50,882 nucleotides of DNA, taken from Candidatus Geothermincola secundus (GTDB lineage: Bacteria > Actinomycetota > Geothermincolia > Geothermincolales > Geothermincolaceae). Below, piece by piece: positions 1 to 7,882 of this stretch. Position 1 is the stretch's first letter. Every line of letters starts with the position of its first letter. Position numbers and translations under genes: made by a program. Location of the stretch: the NCBI GenBank assembly GCA_015711755.1, contig JACVIY010000001.1, positions 1 through 50,882 on the forward strand, given 5' to 3'. The notes below the pieces were generated by a model, which saw only the letters and a list, made by a program, of their open reading frames with translations, searched no databases and had not been told where the DNA came from.

Positions 1-436
1 CTTCAACCTGAACGAGCTGGTCACGGACTGGAACGTCTCCACCAAGGTGGTCTCGGAGGGAGGGGACGTCATCTGCGAGCGGGCCATGTACGGGAACGGC
101 GACGCCTGGGCCCACGACTCCATCGGGGTAACCGATCCCTCCTCCGTCTGGTACCTCGCCGAGGGCTGCACCGAGGGCGGCATGAGGACATGGGTGCTGG
201 TGCAGAACCCCAACGACGACCCGGTCAGGGTGGACCTCACCTTCATGACCACCGGGGGCAAGGTGGACGGGCCTCAGGACTTCGAGATAGCCGGCAATTC
301 CCGCTACTCCTTCAACCTGAACGAGCTGGTCACGGACTGGAACGTCTCCACCAAGGTGGTCTCGGAGGGAGGGGACGTCATCTGCGAGCGGGCCATGTAC
401 GGGAACGGCGACGCCTGGGCCCACGACTCCATCGGG
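1..436 (+). repeat. Exact 127-nt direct repeat (1-127 = 310-436) with a 309-nt period, equal to one 103-codon protein module.
   Basis: Base-by-base comparison shows identity from 1/310 through 127/436. The first mismatch is at 128 (g) versus 437 (c). Identity may extend upstream of the window. Confidence 0.95.
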
Positions 437-448
437 CGCAAGCCTTGA
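2..448 (+). CDS. 3' end of a secreted repeat-module protein (5'-truncated by the window edge). It holds one partial and one complete copy of the ~103-aa AEG...QNP...ER.MY...H module.
   Basis: The reading frame is open from the window edge (same frame as listed ORF 47..448) to TGA at 446-448. The translation ...FNLNELVTDWNVSTKVVSEGGDVICERAMYGNGDAWAHDSIG / VTDPSSVWYLAEGCTEGGMRTWVLVQNPNDDPVRVDLTF... is a diverged version of the module seen in the three large secreted proteins at 12072, 26411 and 32697. Confidence 0.7.
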   Translation, partial: FNLNELVTDWNVSTKVVSEGGDVICERAMYGNGDAWAHDSIGVTDPSSVWYLAEGCTEGGMRTWVLVQNPNDDPVRVDLTFMTTGGKVDGPQDFEIAGNSRYSFNLNELVTDWNVSTKVVSEGGDVICERAMYGNGDAWAHDSIGRKP

Positions 449-454
449 AGCGCG

Positions 455-493
455 ACCTTCAATTTGGGGCCAGGCCCAAACCTTCAACTTTTC
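455..493 (+). repeat. Copy a of a 39-nt dispersed intergenic motif: ACCTTCAA-TTTGGGGCCAGGCCCAAA-CCTTCAA-CTTTTC.
   Basis: Near-identical copies lie at 50677-50713 and 50830-50866, and a diverged copy at 20775-20813. The motif has a palindromic GGGCC/GGCCC core flanked by two direct CCTTCAA half-sites about 25 nt apart, followed by a T-run. This copy lies 7 nt after the stop at 446-448. Confidence 0.8.
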
Positions 494-695
494 GGCGCGT
501 CCCCGCAGTCATGCTTGTTCAAAGATGCGAGGGTACCTCGGACATCGAACGAGGCCTGAACCATGCCTGATCCCCATATCTCTGCTGGATACGTCCTTGC
601 CTGCTCCCTACCCATAAGTTAGGATAACCAACGAATATGGCGGGCAGGGTGGCCGGAAAGCCGAGGGCTGCTTCTCCCCAACAAGCGTTGTTGCT

Positions 696-1898
696 TTGGG
701 CGAGCATGAGCCGATCGGCGGTTTTCCGACCGGTGCTGACAGAGAAACGGGAGGAGCCTTGGCGAAAAAGGGAGACTGCCCTTCATGCGGCCTTCCCCGG
801 CGCCTCGCGGATGAGCTCGACTGGCGGGAGGGCGGAAATGTCTTCACCCGCTTCAAGCCGCGACGGCAGGTGGTCTTCATGGAGCATCTGGAGGTCCAGG
901 CGCTCATGCAGCAGGCGCTGGAGCAGGGAGAAGATGAGCTCATGCGGCGTCTTCTCAACGCCCGCCGCCGCTACCTGCGTCACCGTACTTTTCAGCAGGC
1001 CGAGGGGGCGGGTTCCCGCCTGCTGAGGAACAGGCGGCTGGGGAGGAGGGCCGTTCTCTACGCTTTGAGGGAAGCCGGGCTCTTCGGCCTGGGATGCCTG
1101 GAGGTGGGTGAGCTGGTTGCGGGGGAGCGCCTGGAGATGAAAATGGAACACCCCTATCACCCCCGGCTGCTGGCGGCGGACATCTGCGGTTTCTGGGAAG
1201 GCCTCTTCCGCGTGGAGGCGAAGGATTCCCTGGAACAGCGGGGGCCCCGATCGTGGTCCCTGCGCCTCGAGAGCGGCGGGAGTCTGCCCGTCCGGGCCAT
1301 GGAGTACCGAGACCTCCTGGAGAGGGAGGCGGGGAAACGGGAACGGGAGATCGAACGCTGCCCCGCCTGCGGGCTCCCGGCCCTGCTGTCCCGCCTGCGC
1401 TGGGACGCCTCGAAAGGCACCATCTACGACCCCGAAAGAAACCGCTATTTCGTCATCATGGAGGTGGCGGGCCTGAACTCTCTGTTGAAGGAGATCCGCT
1501 CCTTCCTGGGAAAGGGATACCCGGCCGCGGCGTACCGCGCCTTCGCCGCCTCTCTCGGCGACGGCGGCGGAGATGCGGCTGGCTCGGATCCCCGCGAGAT
1601 CATGGGGGAGTGGCCCTCCATGGGATGGGGAAAGGCGGTTTCCGTAAGCAGCAGGCCTTTCCTGGAGGAGGTGGAGATGCGCAACCCCGCCCTGCCCTCA
1701 CTCGCCGAGCAGAAGCTGGCGGCCGCCTATCGTCTGCTCTGGGGAGAGGAAGTGGACGCCGCCTCGGCCCGCGCGGAAGACGGCCGCTTCCTTATCAGGT
1801 TGGGGCCGCGGATCACCGATTACTCCATGAACCTGGAGACGCTGCGCGGCCGCTTCCCCCAACTCATACATCATCCCCTCTCTTTCTTTCCCTTCTGA
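696..1898 (+). CDS. Hypothetical protein with an internal two-half duplication. Each half opens with a CPxCGLP motif, and the fold may be V4R-like ligand-binding (weak).
   Basis: This is a 400-aa ORF. CPSCGLPRRLADELDW...RRQVVFMEHLEV occurs near the N-terminus, and CPACGLPALLSRLRWD...NRYFVIMEVAGL occurs mid-protein. HPRLLAADICGFWEGLF resembles a V4R C..G..G segment. The RBS is weak, so the start is uncertain. Confidence 0.5.
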   Translation: MGEHEPIGGFPTGADRETGGALAKKGDCPSCGLPRRLADELDWREGGNVFTRFKPRRQVVFMEHLEVQALMQQALEQGEDELMRRLLNARRRYLRHRTFQQAEGAGSRLLRNRRLGRRAVLYALREAGLFGLGCLEVGELVAGERLEMKMEHPYHPRLLAADICGFWEGLFRVEAKDSLEQRGPRSWSLRLESGGSLPVRAMEYRDLLEREAGKREREIERCPACGLPALLSRLRWDASKGTIYDPERNRYFVIMEVAGLNSLLKEIRSFLGKGYPAAAYRAFAASLGDGGGDAAGSDPREIMGEWPSMGWGKAVSVSSRPFLEEVEMRNPALPSLAEQKLAAAYRLLWGEEVDAASARAEDGRFLIRLGPRITDYSMNLETLRGRFPQLIHHPLSFFPF

Positions 1899-1973
1899 GG
1901 TCGTGCCGGGCTCGCATTCTATCGAACGGGAAGGATCCCGCGGACTCCCCCGCCCATATCCGATCCAGAGGAG

Positions 1974-2070
1974 TTGCGCCGAACCCGTGCCCGTTGGGAC
2001 GGCGGTGTGGCGAGCGCCGCAATCATGTGCGCGTTGCCCGCCGAACCCGTGCCCCTTGGGACGGCGGGTG
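1974..2070 (+). promoter_or_regulatory. Two direct copies of a ~32-nt hairpin-forming element directly upstream of larA.
   Basis: TTGCGCCGAACCCGTGCCCGTTGGGACGGCGGTG (1974-2007) is paired with TTGCCCGCCGAACCCGTGCCCCTTGGGACGGCGGGTG (2034-2070). Each contains a CCGTGCCC-NTT-GGGACGG stem. The second copy ends 14 nt before the larA ATG at 2084. Confidence 0.45.
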
Positions 2071-2083
2071 ATATGCTTTCATC

Positions 2084-3403
2084 ATGAGATTCGCATGGCC
2101 TTTCGGCGGGACCGAGCAGTCCTTCGAGGTGCCTGACCGCCTCCTGCTGGAAACGGTGACGGGAGAGCGGGTCCCGCCCCTGTCCGATCTGGGCGGGGCG
2201 CTGCGAGGCGCCCTGGAGAAGCCGGTGGCGTCCCCTCACTTCCGCCAACTCTTCCGCCCCGGGGATAAAGTCCTCGCCGTGGTCCCCGACTACCACCGCA
2301 TGTGGGTCAGGACCTCCGCCTGGCTGCCCCTTCTGCTTAACGAGCTCAATCGGGCTGGGGTGAGCGACCGGGACATAGAGCTTCTGGTGGCCACGGGGAC
2401 CCACCCCCGCCCCTCCTGGAAGGAGCTCCTCGAGATGCTGGGAGAGAGGGTTATGGGAAGGGTGAGGGTGAGCGTGCACGACGCCCGCGACCCCGCGGGG
2501 CTGGCGCGCATGGGAGAGAGCGCGGCGGGCACCCCCATCCACATCAACCGCTTGGCCCTATCGGGCCGCCGCGTCATCCTCACCGGGGGTGTGGTCCCCC
2601 ACGCCTTCGCGGGCTTCGGCGGGGGGAGGAAGGCGGTGGTGCCGGGGATTGCGGGGATGCGCACCATCCTCGCCAACCACCGCCTGGCCCTTCACCCCCA
2701 GAAAGGAGGCGGCATCCATCCCCTGGCGGCGCCGGGCGTGCTTGACGGCAACCCCGTGAGCGAGGACATGGAGGACATCGCCTCGCGGATCAACCCTTCT
2801 TTCATCGTCAACTTCGCCTTGAGCGAGGAAGGCGATTTCCTCGGCGTATTCGCAGGCCATTGGAAGGAGGCTCACCGAGCGGGATGCCGTTTCGTGGAAG
2901 AGGCCTTTCGCGTACCGGTGCGCGGCAAAGCGGATATAGTGGTGGCCTCGCGGGGAGGCCACCCCATGGACCTGACCTTTTATCAGGCCTTCCAGTCCCA
3001 TGCCAACGCGCAGGCTGTTTTAAAGCCCGGAGGCGTGCTCATAATGGTGGGCGAGTGCTCGGAGGGGGTGGGCGGCTACGATTTCGAGAGATGGTTCGAC
3101 CTCGGCGGCCCGGAGGCCATCGAGGAAGAGCTGAGGCGGGAGTTCACCGTGCCCGGCTTCGTGGTCTACCGTGCTGCCCTCCTGGCCCGCCGGGTCAGGC
3201 GGTTGATCCTGGTCTCCGGACTGCCCCCCGAGACCGTACGGCGCATCGGTATCACCCCCCATCCCACCATCGATTGCGCATTGCGGGAGGCTTGGTCGCT
3301 TCTCCCCGAGGGCAAGGTCACCCTGATGCCCCATGCCTCTCAGACCATCCCCAGTTTGCCGGAGGACCGCTTACGCTCCGCGTATCCCGAAGTGAACCGA
3401 TAA
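2084..3403 (+). CDS. larA: Nickel-dependent lactate racemase family protein (LarA, DUF2088 N-terminal domain).
   Basis: This is a 439-aa ORF. The LVATGTHPRP motif and FAGFGGGRKAVVPGIAG (the Lys-containing segment typical of the LarA cofactor-tethering region) are present. larC, larB and larE are adjacent. Confidence 0.85.
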   Translation: MRFAWPFGGTEQSFEVPDRLLLETVTGERVPPLSDLGGALRGALEKPVASPHFRQLFRPGDKVLAVVPDYHRMWVRTSAWLPLLLNELNRAGVSDRDIELLVATGTHPRPSWKELLEMLGERVMGRVRVSVHDARDPAGLARMGESAAGTPIHINRLALSGRRVILTGGVVPHAFAGFGGGRKAVVPGIAGMRTILANHRLALHPQKGGGIHPLAAPGVLDGNPVSEDMEDIASRINPSFIVNFALSEEGDFLGVFAGHWKEAHRAGCRFVEEAFRVPVRGKADIVVASRGGHPMDLTFYQAFQSHANAQAVLKPGGVLIMVGECSEGVGGYDFERWFDLGGPEAIEEELRREFTVPGFVVYRAALLARRVRRLILVSGLPPETVRRIGITPHPTIDCALREAWSLLPEGKVTLMPHASQTIPSLPEDRLRSAYPEVNR

Positions 3404-3491
3404 GAGGGAAGGCGAAGGCCGCATCGGCCCGTCGTGAACCGAGGCCTTCACGGAAGGCGGAACCCCGGGGCCGCCCGCTCGGAGCGGAAGA

Positions 3492-3953
3492 TCACCTCTC
3501 TTCCAGGGTCAGTCGCAGCGCTTCACCGGCGTCTTCAGCGTAGATGATGCGGTCGTCGAAGCGGCCCTCCCGCTGGATGCGCCAGCTGTTCAGGGCCACC
3601 ACCCGCTTGCCCATTTTCAGGGCCATGGCCATCTCGGTCAGGGTGCCGTATTCCCCTCCCACCGCGATGACCGAATCGGCCGTGCGCACGATGATGGCGT
3701 TGCGCGCCTGCCCCATGTCTGTGGCTATGGTCACGTCCACGTAGGGGTTGGCGTCCCCGCGGAAGGGGCCCGGCAGTATTCCGATGGTCAGCCCGCCGGC
3801 CTCCCTGGCGCCGCGGCAGGCCGCCTCCATCACGCCTCCCAGCCCCCCGCAGATAAGATAGGCGCCCGCTTCCGCCAGCCCCCGGCCCACCTCATAGGCC
3901 ATCCTCTCCTCTTCCTCGCTGGCCTGCTGGCCGCCGATGACCGCCACGTACAT
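3492..3953 (-). CDS. TIGR00725-like / SLOG (LOG-DprA-like Rossmann) family protein.
   Basis: This is a 153-aa ORF. MYVAVIGG...AYEVGRGLAEAGAYLICGGLGGVMEAACRGAREAGGLTIGILPG...VIAVGGEYGTLTEMAMA is the characteristic GGxGGVMEA / GGxGTLxE pattern of this family. Confidence 0.75.
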   Translation of the reverse strand: MYVAVIGGQQASEEEERMAYEVGRGLAEAGAYLICGGLGGVMEAACRGAREAGGLTIGILPGPFRGDANPYVDVTIATDMGQARNAIIVRTADSVIAVGGEYGTLTEMAMALKMGKRVVALNSWRIQREGRFDDRIIYAEDAGEALRLTLEER

Positions 3954-3984
3954 CCTCAGCCCTCCTCGGTCTCAAGACGCCTGA

Positions 3985-5166
3985 TCACCGTTGCTCCGAC
4001 TGGCGCCGCGCCTCGAACAGGGCCGCTTCGAAGACCCTTTTCAAGGGGACGCCCGCCCGCTTCGCCAGCTCCCTGCAGTCCTCGTATTCGGGAGAGAAGT
4101 TGACGATATCGCCGCCGCGCATCCCTATCTTCACCCGCACCCGGCCCCAGGGGGTATCCGCGGACAGGAAGTCGCGCTGCGCCTCTTCTTTGCTGACTTT
4201 CAGGACTCGCAGCCCCAGTGCGGAGGTCTCCCGGAAGACCACCTCCCTCGCTGCCTCAAGGTTTTCCGGGCCCACCAGGACCCTGAGGCAGACCGCGGGG
4301 CGGTTCTTCTTCATCTGGATGGGGGTGAGCCAGGCGTCGCTGGCGCCGGCTTCGAAGAGGAGGTCGAGGACATGGTCGTAGATCTCGGGGTTCATGTCGT
4401 CTATGTTCGTTTCCAAAAGGTAAGCGAGGCGATCGCGGGGCAGCGGATCCTCAGCCGCATCTCCCAGGAACATGCGCAGGAGATTGGGGACCCCCAGCTC
4501 CCGGGTGCCGGCCCCGTGGCCCACCTTCTCCACGACCATCTCCGGCATGTCTCCGAACTCTCCTGCGCATGCCTTGACGATGGCCGCCCCGGTGGGGGTC
4601 ACCGTCTCGGTGGCCGCGTCACCGCTGTAACAGGGCACCCCGATGAGTATTTCCGCCACCGCCGGGGGCGGGACCGGGTAGACCCCGTGTTCGGTGCGCA
4701 CCCAACCCCTGCCGGTGGGCAGGGCGGAGCAGCGCACCTTATCCACCCCCAGGTGGTGCAGCCCCAGGGCGCAGCCCACGATGTCCACTATCGAGTCCAC
4801 GGCTCCCAGTTCGTGAAAATGCACCTGATCGGGAGGACGGGAATGCACCTTGCCCTCCGCCTCCGCCAGCACCCCGAATATCTCCAGGCTCCGCCGCTTG
4901 ACTTCCTCCGCCAGCCCGCTCTCCTCGATGAGCGCGCGGATGTTGGCGTAGGTCCTGACCACCCCGCGCTGGCCGCCCCTCACCTCCACCCGCATGGCCC
5001 TGATGCCCTGCCTCTCAACGAGATGCGCGTGCACTTCCACCCCCTCCAGGCCCAGCCGGTCGGCGGCATCCTGTAACGCCTCCGGGGGGAGGCCCAGGTC
5101 CACCAGGGCCCCCAGGGTCATGTCGCCGCTTATCCCGGCGAAGGCGTCGATGTATAAGAGCCTCAA
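3985..5166 (-). CDS. larC: Nickel pincer cofactor biosynthesis protein LarC (nickel insertion, DUF111), encoded as a single unbroken frame.
   Basis: This is a 393-aa ORF. The N-terminus MRLLYIDAFAGISGDMTLGALVDLG is the DUF111 signature. The TTG start overlaps the larB stop (TTGA at 5166-5163). Confidence 0.85.
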   Translation of the reverse strand: MRLLYIDAFAGISGDMTLGALVDLGLPPEALQDAADRLGLEGVEVHAHLVERQGIRAMRVEVRGGQRGVVRTYANIRALIEESGLAEEVKRRSLEIFGVLAEAEGKVHSRPPDQVHFHELGAVDSIVDIVGCALGLHHLGVDKVRCSALPTGRGWVRTEHGVYPVPPPAVAEILIGVPCYSGDAATETVTPTGAAIVKACAGEFGDMPEMVVEKVGHGAGTRELGVPNLLRMFLGDAAEDPLPRDRLAYLLETNIDDMNPEIYDHVLDLLFEAGASDAWLTPIQMKKNRPAVCLRVLVGPENLEAAREVVFRETSALGLRVLKVSKEEAQRDFLSADTPWGRVRVKIGMRGGDIVNFSPEYEDCRELAKRAGVPLKRVFEAALFEARRQSEQR

Positions 5167-5930
5167 CCCTCTTCCCCTTCCCCCAGTCGGTTGATCAGGG
5201 CGGCCAGGAACCCGGCCCCGAAGCCGTTGTCAATGTTTACCACGGCCACCCCGGGGGCGCAGGAGTTGAGCATGGCCAGCAGCGCCGCCAGGCCTCCGAA
5301 GGATGCCCCGTAACCGGTGGAGGTGGGAACGGCGATGACCGGGCAGGAGGCCACCCCCGCCACCAGGCTGGCCAGAGCCCCCTCCATGCCCGCCACCACC
5401 ACCGCGGCCCGCGCTCCCTCCAGCGCTTCCCGGTGGGCGAAAAGGCGGTGCACTCCCGCCACCCCCACGTCGTAGAGGGGGGCCACCTTCGCTCCCATGA
5501 GCTCCGCGGTGACGCGGGCCTCCTCGGCAACGCCGTGGTCGGCGCTGCCTCCGCTGGCCACCACCACCAGCCCGATCCCCTCGCCTTCGGGCATCTCACC
5601 CACCACCATCAGGCGGGCCTGAGGATGGTAGCGGGATCCGGGGAACTCCGCCCGCAGCCTCTCCGCCATCTCCTCTCTCACCCTGGTCAGCAGAACGAAC
5701 CCGCTTCCCTCGCGCAGCAGCGAGCGCACGATAGGAGGGACGTGTTCGGGCAGCTTCCCCTCGCACAGCACCACTTCCGGCAAGCCGTGGCGCAGGCGGC
5801 GGTGATGGTCGGGCTTGGCGAAACCGAGGTCCTCGAAGGGGAAGCGGGCCAGCTCCCTCAAAGCTTCATCCACTCCCGCTTCACCCCGCGAGACCCGCTC
5901 CAGCACCTCCCTGACCCTGTCCTTATACAA
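5163..5930 (-). CDS. larB: Nickel pincer cofactor biosynthesis protein LarB (AIR-carboxylase-like).
   Basis: This is a 255-aa ORF. It shows ...FEDLGFAKPDHHRRLRHGLPEVVLCEGK... and a PurE-like GLVVVASGGSADHGVAEEA...VVVAGMEGALASLVAG. The TTG start overlaps the larE 3' end by 8 nt. Confidence 0.85.
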   Translation of the reverse strand: MYKDRVREVLERVSRGEAGVDEALRELARFPFEDLGFAKPDHHRRLRHGLPEVVLCEGKLPEHVPPIVRSLLREGSGFVLLTRVREEMAERLRAEFPGSRYHPQARLMVVGEMPEGEGIGLVVVASGGSADHGVAEEARVTAELMGAKVAPLYDVGVAGVHRLFAHREALEGARAAVVVAGMEGALASLVAGVASCPVIAVPTSTGYGASFGGLAALLAMLNSCAPGVAVVNIDNGFGAGFLAALINRLGEGEEG

Positions 5931-6762
5931 GCCCGCCCTCCACCCGCTCGGCCCTCTTCTCCAAACGCCTCTTCCCCATCGCCGCAGCTTTCCCGCGGCA
6001 GGGCGAGAACCCCAGTTCCAGCAGGGGAAGGCGAAGAAGCTCCCGCAGCTCTTCGCGCAAGCTCTCCCGGCCTCTGACGCCCAGCGCCTCCAGGCCGGCG
6101 CGGCTCGTCTCCAACAACAGTTCGCCCCGCCCCTTCCAGCGCAACCTGATATCGAGAAGGCCTTTTTCCCGCAGCAGGTCCTCGGCCTCGTCCACGAACC
6201 GCAACTCCTCCGGTGAAAGCCGGTGTCCCCCGGGAAACCGCGTGGCCAGGCAGCTGTTGGACGGGCGGATGAAATCTCGCAGGCCCAGGCGGCGAAGGGA
6301 TTCCTCCACCTCTTCCCGCCCCATGCCCGACTCTCTCAGAGGGCTGCGCGCTCCCAACTCCTTGACCGCCCGCATGCCGGGACGGCCGCTCTCGTCGTCG
6401 TCGGCGCGCGAGCCCTCCAGGATCCAGGCGAAGCCCTCTTGGTCGGCCAGGCCTCGCATCGCCTGCAGGCGCACGCGCTTGCAGTGATAACAGCGCGAGG
6501 CCAGGTTGTTCAGCACATCGGGGTGGCCCATCTCTCCCGCCTCCACCAGGCGGTGGGGGAACCCCAGCGCCGCGGCGATCTCTCGGGCCATAAGCAGGTC
6601 GCTGCGCGGAAGAAGGGGCGAGACCGCCGTGACCGCCAGTATGGGGACGCCCGCCTCGCGCGCCGCCGCCGCAAGGAGCGCGGAGTCGGTCCCTCCCGAG
6701 AAAGCCAACAGCCCGCCCCCGCAGCGGTCGAGGATCTCCAGCAGCAGCTCGTATCCTCCCAT
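5923..6762 (-). CDS. larE: ATP-dependent sacrificial sulfur transferase LarE (PP-loop ATPase).
   Basis: The PP-loop LAFSGGTDSALLA and the SNSCLATRF motif (the conserved LarE cysteine context) are present. I place the start at ATG 6762 (MGGYELLLEIL...), giving 279 aa. The listed 327-aa ORF adds a Pro/Gly-rich N-terminal extension with no support. Confidence 0.8.
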   Translation of the reverse strand: MGGYELLLEILDRCGGGLLAFSGGTDSALLAAAAREAGVPILAVTAVSPLLPRSDLLMAREIAAALGFPHRLVEAGEMGHPDVLNNLASRCYHCKRVRLQAMRGLADQEGFAWILEGSRADDDESGRPGMRAVKELGARSPLRESGMGREEVEESLRRLGLRDFIRPSNSCLATRFPGGHRLSPEELRFVDEAEDLLREKGLLDIRLRWKGRGELLLETSRAGLEALGVRGRESLREELRELLRLPLLELGFSPCRGKAAAMGKRRLEKRAERVEGGLV

Positions 6763-6774
6763 GGGTCGATTATA
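6762..6774 (-). promoter_or_regulatory. Candidate -10 box (TATAAT) placed for a leaderless larE transcript.
   Basis: The minus strand reads TGGGGGTATAAT-CGACCC-ATG. The TATAAT (6774-6769) ends 6 nt before the ATG at 6762, so a start site about 7 nt downstream coincides with the A of the start codon. No RBS lies in between. Confidence 0.45.
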
Positions 6775-6971
6775 CCCCCAAGCCGCGCCTTCCCGGTTTT
6801 TCCGCGCCTCAGCCCCGAAGCCCGATGAAGCCGAGCCAGGGAGCGGTTGTATCGGTATTCCCGTGAATAAAAGAGCATCGCGAGGCCCAGGGCCCGGCTG
6901 AGACAACGGGAGGGGGAGACGTTGGGTTTATAATCGGTTGGAGGGAAGGGAGGTTCGGGCGGGCCGGCCCG

Positions 6972-7691
6972 ATGCCGGGAAGAAACGTACGGAGGAACGG
7001 AGAGGCCGTGGAGCCCTTCAAGGTGGTGGAAGGGGTTTATCAGGTGGGCGGCGCGGAACTGAGCGCGCCGGAGGACTGCTCCGTGTATCTACTGGACCTG
7101 GGGGCCCCCGTGCTTATAGACGCCGGGGCGGGAGGGGATCCCGCCAAGCTGCTCCGCAATCTGGAGAAGCTGGGTTACGGCCCCGGCGACATCAAGGCCC
7201 TGGTCATCACCCACGCCCACATCGACCATGCCGGTGGCGCCGCTTTTCTCGCGGAGAAACTGGGTTTGCCCGTTTACGCCCACCGTTTCGAGGCGGAGGT
7301 GCTGGAACAGGGGGATGAGCGCCGTTCCGCCGCCGACCTCTACGGGATGCGGCTGCAGCCTTGCAAGGTGGCCCACCGCCTGGAGGGGGAGGGCGGCATC
7401 ATCCCCTGGGGGTTCTCCCCGCTGCACTGGCTGCACACCCCTGGGCACACCCCCGGCTCCATATCCCTATGGGCACAGGCGGGGATCAACAAGGTCCTCT
7501 TCGCGCAGGACGTGCACGGCCCCTTCCACCGGGCCTTCGGATCCGACCTGGACGAGTGGGAGAGGTCCATGCGCGGGCTGCTGGAGCTGGAGGCGGACGT
7601 TCTCTGCGAGGGCCACTTCGGGGTGTTCCGCCCGGCCTCCGAGGTCCGCTCCTACATCCAGTATTACCTGCGCAGCTACGGACGCCTGTAG
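6972..7691 (+). CDS. MBL-fold metallo-hydrolase.
   Basis: This is a 239-aa ORF with the HxHxDH motif ITHAHIDHAGGA and a later LHTPGHTPGS. An alternative start at GTG 7008 is preceded by GGAGGAACGGAGAGG. Confidence 0.8.
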   Translation: MPGRNVRRNGEAVEPFKVVEGVYQVGGAELSAPEDCSVYLLDLGAPVLIDAGAGGDPAKLLRNLEKLGYGPGDIKALVITHAHIDHAGGAAFLAEKLGLPVYAHRFEAEVLEQGDERRSAADLYGMRLQPCKVAHRLEGEGGIIPWGFSPLHWLHTPGHTPGSISLWAQAGINKVLFAQDVHGPFHRAFGSDLDEWERSMRGLLELEADVLCEGHFGVFRPASEVRSYIQYYLRSYGRL

Positions 7692-7831
7692 GGGGCTTGA
7701 CGGGGAAGCCGAGCCACAGCCCCGGAGGCGGCCGCCGGGATTTCGGGCCGAGGAATCAGCGATTCCGCGTCGCTCCGAGGAGAGAAGGCGCGCGGCGGCC
7801 CCTCAGCCTCCCGTCTCCGCATTGCGGAAGC

Positions 7832-7860
7832 TTGACTGCTGAAGACGCCGGGATTATGAT
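7832..7860 (+). promoter_or_regulatory. Sigma-70-type promoter TTGACT-N17-TATGAT upstream of padR.
   Basis: TTGACT lies at 7832-7837 and TATGAT at 7855-7860, with a spacer of exactly 17 nt. It sits in an AT-rich island within otherwise GC-rich DNA. Confidence 0.65.
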
Positions 7861-7861
7861 T

Positions 7862-7882
7862 TATATATCGAATCGATATATA
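7862..7882. promoter_or_regulatory. Perfect 10+1+10 palindrome TATATATCGA-A-TCGATATATA, a candidate PadR operator over the transcription start region.
   Basis: The left arm 7862-7871 is the exact reverse complement of the right arm 7873-7882. Extra half-site-like CGATATATA and GATATAT follow at 7887-7908. The palindrome lies immediately downstream of the -10 box and upstream of the padR-family gene. Confidence 0.6.

Noticed and set aside
3991-5076. A 361-aa plus-strand ORF lies antisense to larC. Similar long antisense ORFs occur at 33738-34790 and 34797-35939 over the hydrolase gene.
   Set aside because: They are antisense to genes with family-specific signatures. The composition is typical of high-GC shadow frames.
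6763-6906. The listed 327-aa ORF implies a 48-aa N-terminal extension of larE.
   Set aside because: The extension is a Pro/Gly/Ser-rich, low-information sequence. LarE homologues begin shortly before the PP-loop, and a TATAAT box sits 6 nt upstream of the internal ATG at 6762.
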